59,023 bases of DNA from Anaerolineae bacterium (GCA_044228875.1 JBGAUA010000005.1:1-59023); one strand, 5' to 3'. Positions 1 to 12,496 are shown, counted from the first letter of the stretch. Notes: generated by a model from the letters alone, not told the origin. Numbers and translations: made by a program.

Positions 1-78
1 AGCGCAGGCGGTAGCCGATGCTGAAGTCGTCGTAGCTCATGACGAAGGCCCGCGGCGCCGGATCCGGCGCGATGCCCA

Positions 79-89
79 CCCCCCCCCCC
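79..89. repeat. Homopolymer tract of 11 C (11 G on the minus strand)
   Basis: Counted directly: C at 79-89. It lies 10 nt downstream of the stop (100-102) of the NHL/vWA gene and within or just upstream of a minus-strand ORF that runs off the window (GTG 79-77, ATG 40-38). Confidence 0.9.
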
Positions 90-99
90 GCGGCGGCCC

Positions 100-3000
100 T
101 CAGTCGCAGAGCGCTTTGCCCGCCACCTGGTCGTAGATCCGCTTGAGTGCCGAACCGTCGGGGGCGAAGTAGGCCTGCCCCGCTTTGCCCGCCATCTGCG
201 TCAGGAGCGCCTTGTCCAGGTCCGGGCCCAGGCCGATGGTGAAGACGTTGAAGCCCATGCCGCGGGCCGAGGCGGCGTCCTTGAGTGCATCGGCTTCGGT
301 GCCCGCCGTGGGGCGGCCGTCGGTGAGCAGGATGATGACCGGCTTGTGCCCTCTCTTGGCGCGGCCGCTCAGCAGCTCCGCCATGCTGGACTCGATGCCG
401 CGGTCGATGCGCGTGCCCGACTTTGTCGTCAAGCCGTTGAGGGCAAAGCTCAAGGCAGCGCGGGAACTGGAGAGCGGCACCACCACGCGGGCCGTCTCGT
501 TGAAGGAGACCACTGCGGCCTGGTCCTCCGGAAAGCTCATGTTGTTGAGGAAGGACTGGCCCGCGGCGACTGCCGCCTGGAGCTTGGTCTGGCTGCTGCC
601 CACCTGGGCCGATTCCAGCATGCTGCCCGAGGTGTCGATGGCCAGGACGATGTCGGCCCGCTGGGGCTTGCAGCTGTTGCGGTAGACGATCGGGAACAGG
701 AGGTTTCGGGCCCTCAGGACGGTGACCTCCGGGACAGGGAAGACCGCCTGCCCCGACTCGCCGGCAGCGTCCTGGTAGCTCAGGGAGGCTCGGACGTTCG
801 TGGGATGGCGCCCTTCTCGCTGCGGCCGCACCTTGTAGCTGATGGTGCGACCGCTGGCCGGCACCTCGCCCAGGGTCCAGGTGAGCGTGCGGCCCTGGAC
901 CGAATCCGGCGGTGGGAAGGCCGAGCCCGGCTCGTAACGCATGTCGGTCGGCAGCTCGTCCACCACGGTGCCGCCTGCGAGGAGCCGCGCGGCGCTCAGG
1001 CTGCGGGCGATGTTGCGGTAGACCACGGCCAGCTGGGCGTCGGTGGGCGCCGCGTAGAAGAGATCCGGTCTGGTGGACACCGTGTACTTTAGGATGTCGT
1101 CGTTGATGGTCGTGCCCAGGCCGATGGTGTAGACCGTGGCGCCGGTGGCCTTGAGGGCGGCCGCCGCGTCATCGAGCCCGTCGGTGGAGGTGGGCTTTCC
1201 GTCGGTCATCATCACGGCCACGCGCGGCACCCCCGGCCGGCTGGCGGCGCCTACCAGCTCCTGGCGCCCCTTGTCCAAGGCGTCGACGTAATTGGTCTGC
1301 CCGCCGGCGCTGAGCCGCCCGATCGCGCGCACGACGCCGCGCAGGTCGTTGGTGAGGGGCTGGAGTACCGTCGCCGAGGTGTCGAAGGAAACCACGGCCA
1401 CCTGGGCGCCCTTGGGGTTCAGCTCGCCCAGGAAGGCCAGGGCTGCGTTCTGTGCCGCGGCGATGGTCGAACCGGACATAGACCCGGACTCGTCGATGAT
1501 CAAGGCCACGTCCAGGCGCCCGTCGCCCAAGGGGCAGGCTCCGCTGACCCGCAGCTGCACCGTGGCCAGCTGGAAGCGCTCCACCGGATCCGGCGCCGCC
1601 GTCTTGCCGAGCAGCACCTTGCAGCCGGCACCCTCCACCGGCGGTGCGGCCATCGGCGTACCGCCCGGCTCGTAAAGAAGGATCTGGTCGCGCAGCGGGT
1701 CGGCGATGTAGACGCGGCCGAAGGGCGCCGCCGCGAGGTCGTTGGGCGCCGTCACCCCGTCCAGGTCGAAGACCGCGCGGAGGCTGCCGTCCGCGGCGAC
1801 ATACTTCCACACCCGGTTGTCCTTGGCCAGGACGTAGACCATGCCGGCCGACACGTCCAACCGCATCGGTCCGGCCGGCATGGGGATCAGCGCCAGGCGC
1901 GCGCCGTCAGCAGCGTTCCGCACGTCGATGCGCAGGTTGGTCTGATCGGCGAGGTAGACCCGTCCGGCTTCCATGGCCAGATCGCCGACGGACAGGAAGG
2001 CGCCGCCCGGATCCAGAGGCCAGCTGCCTTGCGGCAGCCCGGCCCGGCTGTGCAGCCAAACCTTCTGGTCCGCCAGGTCCAAGGCGGCCACGCGCGTCGT
2101 GTCACCGTCCACCGCCGTCAGCCAGCCCGAGTCGGGGATCTTCACCGACCAGTCGCCGGCAGGGTCGTGGCAGGCTACCTTGAGGCCGGTGATGCGGCAG
2201 GGCTGCGCCCCGCCGCCGCCCACGTCGACGGGGTAGTCCTCCTCCACATAGGCCCATTGCTGGCGCGCTTCGCCCGCGGCTGTCCACAGCTGGCTGCGGC
2301 TGCGCTGGTCCAGGATGAAGGCATCCTCGCCGCTGCCCACCGCGAGTCGCCGCGGCGCTTGCAGCAGGCCCAAGGAGGCATCCACGTTGCCGCCCCAACG
2401 CAGGGGCTCCGTCTTGAAATCGGAGCGGTCCGCCTGGTAGGACAGCCCCTTGTAGCCATTGCCCTGATTCACGCTGAAGACCATGCCTCCGCCGGGACCT
2501 ACGGCGAGTCCGGCGGCGCCGGACAAGCCGCTGGACTGGAGCGGCGCGCCGGCGAGCAGCTTGCCGGCCGTGTCCCAGCCCAGGTAGTGGCCGGACGAGC
2601 TGGTCACGACGGTGAAGACCCGCCCACTGCCATCCACGGCCACCGAGCGCAGCTCCGCTGATCCCTCGAGGTTGCGCGGCAAGCGCAGGAGCGCCGATGC
2701 CGTCACGCCTGAAGCTCCGCCGACGGTGAAGACATAGATGGAGCCATCACCGGCCATGTAGATGCGACCGTCCGGCCCCACGTCGAGATCGAAGGCGGTG
2801 GAGATGGAGAAGTTCTCGTCGCGCCAGCTACCCAGGCTGCCGCCGTTGGCATCGTAGACCTGGATGCGTGCCTCGCCGGAGACCACCCGCGTTACCAGCA
2901 CCTGGTTGCGACCACCGTCGTAGGCCAGACCTTCGCCGGTGACCGCCCAGGCCGCGCGGTTCTTGAGGTCACGGCCGTAGACGGCGCCGGCGCTGCTGCC

Positions 3001-3360
3001 CAGCACGTAGACCCGCTGCGCGCTGACCGCCACGTCCTTGAGCGGACCGATCCCCGGTTCGTTGACGCTGCCCAGGGTGCGGCCCTGGCTGTCCAGGTGG
3101 TAGATGATGTTGGCGGTGCGATCCACGACGTAGATGGTGTTGTCGGTGGCCACGTCGATGCCGGCCGGCCGCTGGAAGACCGGCTGTTCAGCCTGCGGCG
3201 GGCGACTGTTCCAGTAACCGATCTGGCGGTAGCCCTCCGGAAGCGCGGTCTGGGCAAGGGCGGGCGCGGCGCCGGGGCCCAGGAGCGCGGCGAGGGCCAG
3301 GCAGGCCCAAGCGCCGGCGCGCCTGATCGCGCGGGGCGGGACAGCGGTTGGATGGCTCAT
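100..3360 (-). CDS. Secreted multidomain protein: signal peptide, NHL/beta-propeller-like repeats and two vWA domains
   Basis: Part of ORF 100..3633. The ATG at 3360 is preceded by GAGGGGA and followed by a signal peptide (AWACLALAALLGPGAAPALAQ). Two MIDAS motifs are present (DVALIIDESGSMSG, DIVLAIDTSGSM). The N-terminal half has repeated propeller-like blades (IYVVDRTANIIYHLD, RVYLADQTN, RVYIADPLRD). Confidence 0.8.
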   Translation of the reverse strand: MSHPTAVPPRAIRRAGAWACLALAALLGPGAAPALAQTALPEGYRQIGYWNSRPPQAEQPVFQRPAGIDVATDNTIYVVDRTANIIYHLDSQGRTLGSVNEPGIGPLKDVAVSAQRVYVLGSSAGAVYGRDLKNRAAWAVTGEGLAYDGGRNQVLVTRVVSGEARIQVYDANGGSLGSWRDENFSISTAFDLDVGPDGRIYMAGDGSIYVFTVGGASGVTASALLRLPRNLEGSAELRSVAVDGSGRVFTVVTSSSGHYLGWDTAGKLLAGAPLQSSGLSGAAGLAVGPGGGMVFSVNQGNGYKGLSYQADRSDFKTEPLRWGGNVDASLGLLQAPRRLAVGSGEDAFILDQRSRSQLWTAAGEARQQWAYVEEDYPVDVGGGGAQPCRITGLKVACHDPAGDWSVKIPDSGWLTAVDGDTTRVAALDLADQKVWLHSRAGLPQGSWPLDPGGAFLSVGDLAMEAGRVYLADQTNLRIDVRNAADGARLALIPMPAGPMRLDVSAGMVYVLAKDNRVWKYVAADGSLRAVFDLDGVTAPNDLAAAPFGRVYIADPLRDQILLYEPGGTPMAAPPVEGAGCKVLLGKTAAPDPVERFQLATVQLRVSGACPLGDGRLDVALIIDESGSMSGSTIAAAQNAALAFLGELNPKGAQVAVVSFDTSATVLQPLTNDLRGVVRAIGRLSAGGQTNYVDALDKGRQELVGAASRPGVPRVAVMMTDGKPTSTDGLDDAAAALKATGATVYTIGLGTTINDDILKYTVSTRPDLFYAAPTDAQLAVVYRNIARSLSAARLLAGGTVVDELPTDMRYEPGSAFPPPDSVQGRTLTWTLGEVPASGRTISYKVRPQREGRHPTNVRASLSYQDAAGESGQAVFPVPEVTVLRARNLLFPIVYRNSCKPQRADIVLAIDTSGSMLESAQVGSSQTKLQAAVAAGQSFLNNMSFPEDQAAVVSFNETARVVVPLSSSRAALSFALNGLTTKSGTRIDRGIESSMAELLSGRAKRGHKPVIILLTDGRPTAGTEADALKDAASARGMGFNVFTIGLGPDLDKALLTQMAGKAGQAYFAPDGSALKRIYDQVAGKALCD

Positions 3361-3698
3361 CGGGTGGATTCCCCTCATTGGCGGCGGTCGTCGGCGCGAC
3401 GGCATGCGAAGCGATGAACCCGCCGACCGCGACGTGGGGGCGAGCGGCGGCGAGCGGCGGCTATGGCTGTGGTCCGTTGGGCCGTTGCAGAGGACCGTGC
3501 CGTCCGACCATCGGACAGTCGCCTCCCTTGCACGCGAACGCACCGTTACTATAACGTCGCGCCGCGGCGAAACGTAAGCGTCAGACGCAAAATGCCCTTG
3601 GCGCCCAGCCTCGGACGGTCGGCTGCGATCCACCCGTGCGGCGCCCTCCGGTACAATCCGCCTCCCACTCGCCGCTCGATCCCTCGTGGAGCCTCGTC

Positions 3699-5639
3699 AT
3701 GTCCATCGTGATCCGCCGACTGTCCCTCATGGCGCTTCTCTGCGTCCTCGGCGCCGGCGCGGGCCGGCGACCCGCGGCGCGCGCCCAGGGTGATCTGCCG
3801 GAGCCGGGCTACAGCCTGCTCTATGCCTTGGACATTCCCGTCAGCGCGGACTTCAACGCCGCCGGAGCGCCCTATGGCGTGGACCGCGGCGCGGCCTTGG
3901 CCGGGCCCTTCGACCGTGTGGCCTATCGCCTGCGCCTGGAAGCGGCCGACGGCCGCAGCGAGGCGCTGTGGGTGTCCATGGATGCCTTCAGCGACGACCT
4001 GCGCGGTGTCGGGCTGCCCACGACGGCGAGCGGCGCCGCCTTCCAGGGCGCCGTCAAGGCGATGACCGTCGTCAGCGACGTGCCCGGCCTGCCCGTCGGC
4101 TCGGACCTGCCCGGCGGCTGGCTCGAACTGTGGCCTTCCGATTACAGCACCGCCAACAGCGCCGGCGCCCCCGGCGCCGACGACAGCTTGTACGACTGGG
4201 GCGACGCCCCCACGGGCGGTGGCAACTATGGCAGCTTCCAGATCCACGACAGCGCCAGCGGCAAGACCCTCATGGCCTACAACCACTGGGGCCAGGCTGC
4301 CGGAGCCGCAGCCGACATCGGCATCGGATCCCGGCCGACCGGTCATCCGGACTGGACCTTCGCCGCCAATGCCGCCGCCTGGGTCAGCCGCCGGCTGGAG
4401 GTCTACGTTCGCAGCCAGGCCTCGCCGGCCGACCACGTGCTCAGCGAACCGCTGCCCCGCAGCGTCCGGCAGCGGGACGCCCTGGATCGGGCGGAGATCC
4501 CGGTGGCCGGTGCCTTCGCCGAAGGGGTGGGTGCGGTGGAGGCCCGGGCCGTTTCCCTGCGGCCGCCGCTGCGGTCCACCGAGTGGCGGCTGATCGACGC
4601 GGCGCCGCAGGCCGGCCGCTTCGGCGGTCGCCTGAGCGTGCCCGTCGGTTGGTGGCGGCTGGAGGTGCGAGCGGCGGTGGCCGTCGAGCCGGAGCGCCTG
4701 CTGACCGGCCGCGTGGCCCCCGTCGGTGTGGGCGAGGTCTTCATCACCGCCGGCCAGTCCAACAGCGCCAACCACGGCTCGCCCCCGCAGCGTCCCGCGG
4801 ACGACCGTGTCTCCGCGTGGCGGGGCGCTGCGCTCGGCGGCTGGCGGAAGGGCGCGGACCCGCAGCCCGTGGCTACCGGCAGCGGCGGTTCGCCGTGGCC
4901 GGCCATGGGCGACGCCTTGGCGGCGTCGCTGGATCTGCCCATCGGCATCGCCTCCGTGGGCTGGGGCGGCACCACGGTGGCGCAATGGCTGCCCGATCGA
5001 CAGCTCTATCCCCGGCTGAAGCAGGCCATGGCCGGTCTGGGCGGCGCCGGCGGCTTCCGCGCTGTACTCTGGCATCAAGGAGAGAGCGACGCCGTCGGCG
5101 GCACCAGCACCGCGGCCTACGCCGCGGACCTCACCCGCCTCATCGAACAGTCGCGCGCCGATGCCGGCGGGCCGGTGCCCTGGCTCGTGGCGGAGGTCTC
5201 CTTCGCCCCCAACCTGGCTCAGCCACCGCGCGACGCCGTGATCGCCGCCCAGCGGCAGGTGGTGGCCTCCGTGGCCGATGTGCACGCCGGACCGGGCACG
5301 GACGACCTGGCAGGCGCCGAATGGCGCTTCGACGGCATTCACTTCGGTGCCGCCGGGCTCGCCCTGCATGGCCGGCGCTGGGCGCAGGCCCTGGCCGCCT
5401 CCGGCATCCTGCCTGCCGCGGCTCCGCCCGCGACCTCGACCCTCATCCCCACGTCGGAGCCCAGCGGCACGCCGACGCCGACGGAGCCGCCGACGCCCGA
5501 ATCCACCGTCGCGCCGACCCGCGGGTCCACCACGACGCCTCCCGAGCCGGCACTGCTCCTTCCCTACCTCGCCCGGACGATCCCCGCTGCGCACCCGTTG
5601 CCCCGCGATCCCCTCTGCGGTATGCTCAACGGCCGTTGA
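3699..5639 (+). CDS. Secreted sialate O-acetylesterase-like (SASA/SGNH-type) carbohydrate esterase with a P/T-rich C-terminal linker
   Basis: The ATG at 3699 starts the signal peptide MSIVIRRLSLMALLCVLGAGAG. The motif FITAGQSNSANHG matches the GQSN active-site block of the SASA family, and WHQGESD lies downstream. The tail is P/T-rich. Confidence 0.7.
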   Translation: MSIVIRRLSLMALLCVLGAGAGRRPAARAQGDLPEPGYSLLYALDIPVSADFNAAGAPYGVDRGAALAGPFDRVAYRLRLEAADGRSEALWVSMDAFSDDLRGVGLPTTASGAAFQGAVKAMTVVSDVPGLPVGSDLPGGWLELWPSDYSTANSAGAPGADDSLYDWGDAPTGGGNYGSFQIHDSASGKTLMAYNHWGQAAGAAADIGIGSRPTGHPDWTFAANAAAWVSRRLEVYVRSQASPADHVLSEPLPRSVRQRDALDRAEIPVAGAFAEGVGAVEARAVSLRPPLRSTEWRLIDAAPQAGRFGGRLSVPVGWWRLEVRAAVAVEPERLLTGRVAPVGVGEVFITAGQSNSANHGSPPQRPADDRVSAWRGAALGGWRKGADPQPVATGSGGSPWPAMGDALAASLDLPIGIASVGWGGTTVAQWLPDRQLYPRLKQAMAGLGGAGGFRAVLWHQGESDAVGGTSTAAYAADLTRLIEQSRADAGGPVPWLVAEVSFAPNLAQPPRDAVIAAQRQVVASVADVHAGPGTDDLAGAEWRFDGIHFGAAGLALHGRRWAQALAASGILPAAAPPATSTLIPTSEPSGTPTPTEPPTPESTVAPTRGSTTTPPEPALLLPYLARTIPAAHPLPRDPLCGMLNGR

Positions 5640-5665
5640 CCGCTCAGCCCGCCAAGGACCCCCCA

Positions 5666-7299
<1,634 letters not shown>

Positions 7300-7303
<4 letters not shown>

Positions 7304-9141
7304 GCGCGCCCGTGGGGCCCGGCGCTGCGCTGACGGTCGACCAGCTTCCTTCGGTCGCCGCGCCGTCCAAAGTCCCGGCGGAGGTGGCCGCCGCGCCGGC
7401 TCCTGGGGTCGAGGAGGAACGCAAATACCGCCTCCCCGCCCAGGCTCGCGCCGCCTGGCCCGAGGCTCTCGTCCTGCCTGCCGGGATCGTCCTGGGCCCG
7501 GTTCAGGACGATCTGGCGGAAGACCACTACCTGGACACGCCCGCCCTTGGACTGCTGCGCCGGGGTCTGGCCTGTCGGCTGCGCATGACCCGCGGCGCCG
7601 TCAAGCTGACACTCAAGGGCATCGGCCCGGCGGCGGACGGCCCCCTCCACCGCCGCACGGAGCGGGAGGCCCGCCTGGACGAAGCGGCCACCCTGGATCC
7701 TGACACCTGGCCCGCCGACCTGCTCGAGTTCCTGGCCATGACCCTGGGCGACCAGGAGCCGCCGCGACGACTGCGCCCCGTCGCGGCGCTCAGCCATCAC
7801 CGCCGGAGCTGGGCGCTGCTGCCCGCGGTGGTCGAAGCGCGCGCCTCGGCCGCGACCGGGGACGAGGCGCAAGCGGTCGACCCGGACGGCGAGACGGTGG
7901 CGACGGAGGTGTCGGTCGCGGCGACCACCGCGGACGCGCTCGAGGCGGCCGCTGACGCGCCCGCCTCGCCGGCGGCGCTGGCCGAGCTGGCCCTGGACGA
8001 AGTCTGGGTCCGCGCGCCGCGCCGGCAGGGCATCCTCGCCGGCGTGGGCCAGCCCGCGGCCCAGCTGGGCGAGTTGGAGTTGGAGCGGCTGGCGGCCGAC
8101 AACCGGACCTGGCGGGCCTTGGGCAAGGCCCTTTCCCGGCGCAAAGACCTGAAGCCCCTCGCGGTCAGCAAGCTGGAGCGGGCCCTCGCTGCCATCGCCG
8201 CGCAGCGGCCCGACGGCCTGCCGGGGGCCAAGGGCCTGACGCCGGGGCAGCCCCTCGTCGCGGCCGCCTGCATGGCCCTGCGGCAACAGCTGCTGGCGAT
8301 GGCCCTGACGGAGGCCCGCGTCCGCCTGGAGCGCGGCGAGGACGCTGTGCACCAGATGCGCGTGGCTGCCCGGCGGCTGGGCGGCGTCATCCGCCTCTTC
8401 GCCCCGGCGCTGCCCAAGGCGGCGCGGCAGGGGCCGAGTTGGCGCGAACTCAAGCTGCTGCGCGCCGACCTGGGCGCCGTGCGGGACCTCGATGTGGCCC
8501 TGCAGCAGTTGGATGCCTGGTCCGCGTCCTCGGCTGAGGCCGACGACGCCGGTCCGGCGGCCCTGCGTGTGCTCTGGCAGACGGCGCGGGCGGAGGCGCT
8601 CGACCGCCTGCTGGCGCGCCTGGACAGCGGCGAGCATCGGCGGCTCGTGGCCCGGCTGGGGCGCTGGAGCGGCTTCGGCGGCGGACGCGAGGTCGCACGC
8701 AAAGGCGAACGGCGGACCTTGCGCGAAGCGGCGCCGGCCTTGGTGGCGGCGCGGCTGGAGGCGATGGCCTCCCTGGCGGCGGCCTTGGGCGATCGGGACC
8801 TGGCCGACGGAATCGCCGTGCCGGTGGCGGAACTGCATGCGCTGCGCATCGCCGGCAAGGGGCTGCGGGACGGCCTCCGGCCCATGAGGGGGCTGCTCTC
8901 GGCCGGTGGCCGCGAGGCGCTCAAGGCATTGGAGGCGGTGGTGGACCTTCTTGGCCGCCTTCAGGACACCGTCATCGCCGATGCGCTGGTGGATTCGGCG
9001 ATGCTGCCGGAGGAGATGGCTGCGTCCTACCGGGCGGGCCTCGCGGCCGTGGAAGCTGAGGTGCGCGCCGATATCGGGGCGGTGCTGGCGCCGGTGCTGG
9101 ACGGCGACTTCGCCGAGAGGCTGCACGAGGCCTGGTCATGA
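7300..9141 (+). CDS. CYTH domain plus CHAD domain protein (triphosphate-tunnel / polyphosphate-associated)
   Basis: The GTG at 7300 overlaps the pruA stop (GTGA). The N-terminal EERKYRL...HYLDTP...LRMTRGAVKLTLKG looks CYTH-like. The C-terminal helices VHQMRVAARRLGGVIRLF and LHALRIAGKGLRD look CHAD-like. Confidence 0.8.
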
Positions 9142-10754
9142 TCGGCGCTCGAGGCGCCGTCAGCCCGGCCGCCGCCGAGGCCGCTGAGCCGCGCGACGGC
9201 GTCATCCGGGCTTTCATCGACCTGGGCACCAACTCGGTGCGGCTGTCGGTGGTGCGCTTCGAGCCGGGCCAGGCGCAGACAGTGCTGGCCCAACGCAAAC
9301 AGATGGTGCGCCTGGGCGAGGGCCAAGGGGCCGATGGGCGGCTGCAGCCGGAGGCCATGCGGCGCGCGGCAGTGGTCTGCCGCGAGTTCGCGGAGATGGC
9401 GCGCGGCTCGCGGGCGGCGAGCATCACGGCCATCGCCACCTCGGCCACACGCGACGCGGTCAACCAGGCTGAGTTCCTGGATCTGTTGCGCCGGGAGGCG
9501 GACCTCGAGGTGGAGGTGGTCAGCGGTCGAGAGGAGGCGCGGCTGATCTACATGGGGGTGGCCAAGGGCGAGAACCTGGGGCATCGCCGGGCCTTGTTCA
9601 TCGACATCGGTGGGGGCAGCACGGAGCTGATCGTGGGCAACCAGCGCGAGGCGCTGTTCCTGGAATCGCTGAAGCTCGGCGCCATCCGTCTGACGGGCCT
9701 CTTCTTCCGGCCTGACGAGACCGGACCGGTGTCCGATGACCGCTACGCCCTGATCAAGCACCACGTGGCCGGCGCGGCGGTACGGGCCCTGGGCGAGATT
9801 CGCGCCCTGGGTCCGGAACTGGTGCTGGGTAGCTCGGGCACGATCGAGACCCTGGCGGACATCGCCGTGCGGCGGGATCTGGGTCGGCCCCTGGAGCGCA
9901 GCGACAGGGTCGATCTGGACGCCTTGCGCCGGGTCACCGCCCTGCTGCGTGGGTTGAGCGTGGACCAGCGGCGCCAGGTGCCAGGCCTCGGCGCGGCGCG
10001 GGCGGACATCATCGTCGCCGGCGCGGCCATCCTGGAGACGGTGTTGGAGCTGGCGGGTCAGACCGGCTTCCAGGTGTCGGACCGGGGCCTCCGGGACGGT
10101 CTGGTCGCCGACGCCGCCATGCAGGAGGAGGGCGAGACCTATGGCCAGCTCACGGTGCGCGAGCGCTCGGTACTGGAGCTGGGCCGCGCCTGCCGCTTCG
10201 ACGAGCGGCACCATCGACAGGTGGCCCGGCTGGCCCTGAGCCTCTTCGACGGCGCGCGGGAACTGGGGCTGCACGCCCTCGACGACCACGCCCGAGAGCT
10301 GCTGGAGCATGCGGCCATGCTGCATGACATCGGCGTCTTCCTGTCCTACAACCGCCACCAGAACCACAGCTGCTACCTCATCGCCAACGCCGACCTGCTG
10401 GGCTTCAACCAGCGCGAGACGGCGATCATCGCCGCCATGGCCCGCTTCCACCGCCGCGGCTCTCCCTCCCCGGAGCAGCCGGTGATCGCCGCCTTGGACG
10501 CGAGCGACCAGCTGCTGGTGACGCAGGCGGCCATCTTCCTGCGTCTGGCCGAGCGCCTGGACCGCAGCCATGCCGGCCGGGTGGCGGAAGCGCGACTCAG
10601 CGCCGGCTCGGGCCAGGCGCTGCAGTTGACGCTGGTACCCAGCGGCCCGGAAGGCTGCCAGCTGGAGCGTTGGGGGCTCGAGGGGCAGGAGCGTGCGTTC
10701 GAGCGGGTGTTCGGGCGGGGGCTGGTCGTGGTGATGGCGGAGGACGCGGACTAA
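9138..10754 (+). CDS. ppx: Ppx/GppA family exopolyphosphatase with a C-terminal HD-like domain
   Basis: The start overlaps the CHAD gene stop (ATGA). Motifs IDLGTNSVRLSVV and FIDIGGGSTEL are the ASKHA phosphate motifs of Ppx/GppA. LEHAAMLHDIG is HD-like. Confidence 0.9.
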   Translation: MIGARGAVSPAAAEAAEPRDGVIRAFIDLGTNSVRLSVVRFEPGQAQTVLAQRKQMVRLGEGQGADGRLQPEAMRRAAVVCREFAEMARGSRAASITAIATSATRDAVNQAEFLDLLRREADLEVEVVSGREEARLIYMGVAKGENLGHRRALFIDIGGGSTELIVGNQREALFLESLKLGAIRLTGLFFRPDETGPVSDDRYALIKHHVAGAAVRALGEIRALGPELVLGSSGTIETLADIAVRRDLGRPLERSDRVDLDALRRVTALLRGLSVDQRRQVPGLGAARADIIVAGAAILETVLELAGQTGFQVSDRGLRDGLVADAAMQEEGETYGQLTVRERSVLELGRACRFDERHHRQVARLALSLFDGARELGLHALDDHARELLEHAAMLHDIGVFLSYNRHQNHSCYLIANADLLGFNQRETAIIAAMARFHRRGSPSPEQPVIAALDASDQLLVTQAAIFLRLAERLDRSHAGRVAEARLSAGSGQALQLTLVPSGPEGCQLERWGLEGQERAFERVFGRGLVVVMAEDAD

Positions 10755-11533
10755 GCCTCCACGAACTTTACGTTCGCGAAGTCCCCAGTCTTGACGTAAT
10801 ACACCCGCACCTTGCCATCGCTCAGGCGCTCGGCGCGCTGGGCGATCAAGCCGTCGAAGGGGAATTCGGGCGAGGTGGGCAGGAAGCCGTCGGCGGCGAT
10901 GCGCTTGATCAGGGCGGCCTGACGATTGATGGGCAGGGTCTGGCGGGCGGCGGCTTCGGTCAGCAGGCGCGGGGCGTCCGGGCCTGCGGCCAGACCCAGG
11001 TCCGGCAGGGCGGCGATGCGGTGGACCTCAGCCAGCAGGTTGCGGCCGGGGCAGGCGGTGGCCTGCAGCGGCACCTCGCCATGGCCCAGTATCTTGAGCT
11101 TGCGCCCGATGCCGCTCTGCGCCCAGCGCTGGACCACCGCCGTCACGCGGCGCAGGGCCTGGGCGTCGGCCGCGTCAAGGGGCATGGTCTCGTAGTTGCC
11201 AGTGATCACCACGCAGAGCACGCGGTGGTTCATGTCCCGGCAGCAGGCGCGGGCCAGGCCGGCGTCGCCCAGGTAGGCCACGGCGCCCTGGCGGATGCCG
11301 ATGTGGTAGCCGATGCCCGCGAAACCGCGGCTGCTGATGTGCGTTCGGGCGATCGCCTGCCAGCTCTGCTCCCGCGGGCCGACGGTATGGTGCACGGCAA
11401 GGATGTCCAGGCCCAGAAGCGGCCGCGTGTTGAAGTCGCCGCCCGGGCCACCCGGGTTGTGAGGCAGGCTGGCGCGGAGATCCTGGTATCCGGCGCCGAA
11501 CTCGGCGGCCAGTAGGTGGTTGAGATCGGCCAT
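10751..11533 (-). CDS. N-acetylmuramoyl-L-alanine amidase (Amidase_2/PGRP fold) with an uncharacterised C-terminal domain
   Basis: Motifs AVHHTVGP, GIGYHIGI, VVITGNY and ILGHGEV...ATACPG match the zinc amidase_2 signature. Its stop overlaps the ppx stop convergently. Confidence 0.8.
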   Translation of the reverse strand: MADLNHLLAAEFGAGYQDLRASLPHNPGGPGGDFNTRPLLGLDILAVHHTVGPREQSWQAIARTHISSRGFAGIGYHIGIRQGAVAYLGDAGLARACCRDMNHRVLCVVITGNYETMPLDAADAQALRRVTAVVQRWAQSGIGRKLKILGHGEVPLQATACPGRNLLAEVHRIAALPDLGLAAGPDAPRLLTEAAARQTLPINRQAALIKRIAADGFLPTSPEFPFDGLIAQRAERLSDGKVRVYYVKTGDFANVKFVEA

Positions 11534-11861
11534 GGGGGTGAGCTCCGGGGGTGGGCGTTCGGTAAGGCCACAAGGCGGTGGGGCGCTTCGAGGCGGACGA
11601 TAGGATAGTCCAAGTTCGCGTGATCAGCGGTCAGGCCAGGGTGGGGACGATGGGCCGTGTGGGCAGCCTCGTTGGTTCCGACGCCGTCCCCCGGACGGGC
11701 TTGGCCGGGGGCGACCGCCAGAGGTCGGAACGCTCGCACCGGTTCTTGACCGGATTGGGATTCCCTGGTATTCCCTTGGCTGTGATCGTTCGGTTCGCGA
11801 GCGATCCTCAGTGCGGTGCCCGTGCGGGTGCCCCCACCGTTCACGCCTGAAGGAGAAGCTC

Positions 11862-12380
11862 GTGTCCAATCCCTGGGTCGTCTTCCTGGTCCTGTTCGTC
11901 ATCCTGGCTCTGCTGCGGCGCTTCCTGAATAGCGCGCCGTGGGCGCGGTCGCTCAGCGACGGCCTGGCAGGCGTCGGCGGCAGTTGGGCGGCCACGATCA
12001 TGGCCATTGCCCTGGGCACCATCATGACGGTGCACGGCATGCAGAAGTTCACGGGCGGCGCTGAGGGCGTGTCCGGCTTCTTCGGCTCGCTCGGCATCCC
12101 TGCCCCCGGCATCATGGCCTGGGTGGTCATCATCGTTGAGCTGGTGGGCGGCGTGTCCATCCTGGCCGGTCTATTGCCGCAGCTCTGGGCGGGGCTCAAT
12201 GCCTTTGTCCAGGTGACGGCCATCCTCACAGCCCATCGGTTGCAGGGCTTCAGCGGCAACGACACCGGTCCTGGTTGGGAGAAGAACTTCGCCATTCTCG
12301 CTCTCAGCCTGGCCATCGCCTTCATCGGTTCCGGGCGCCGGCTCTCGCTGGTGGACCTGGTGATGCCGGACAGGGACTGA
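11862..12380 (+). CDS. DoxX family membrane protein
   Basis: The GTG at 11862 lies 7 nt after AAGGAG. Four hydrophobic segments are present with HGMQKFTGG...FFGSLGIP...VELVGGVSILAG, typical of DoxX. Confidence 0.85.
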   Translation: MSNPWVVFLVLFVILALLRRFLNSAPWARSLSDGLAGVGGSWAATIMAIALGTIMTVHGMQKFTGGAEGVSGFFGSLGIPAPGIMAWVVIIVELVGGVSILAGLLPQLWAGLNAFVQVTAILTAHRLQGFSGNDTGPGWEKNFAILALSLAIAFIGSGRRLSLVDLVMPDRD

Positions 12381-12452
12381 CAGGCCCGGCAGAGGCAGCG
12401 TCGGCCTGCCGCCCGTCGGCACACCTTGGATCCCCATCACCTCGCGCGGGTT

Positions 12453-12480
12453 CCCCTTGCTCGCCCTTGAGGGCAAGGGG
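12453..12480. terminator. GC-rich hairpin between convergent genes
   Basis: ccccttgc-(12 nt)-gcaagggg, with an inner cccttg/caaggg pairing, lies between the DoxX stop and the E1-beta stop. Confidence 0.5.
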
Positions 12481-12496
12481 GATCACGCGTTCGTCG

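Noticed and set aside
11534-11861. Possible riboswitch (for example c-di-AMP/ydaO type) in the 328-nt divergent region upstream of the cell-wall amidase
   Set aside because: Local stems exist (gttccgac...gtcggaac enclosing tcccccgg/ccggggg), but I could not find the conserved ydaO core sequences on either strand.
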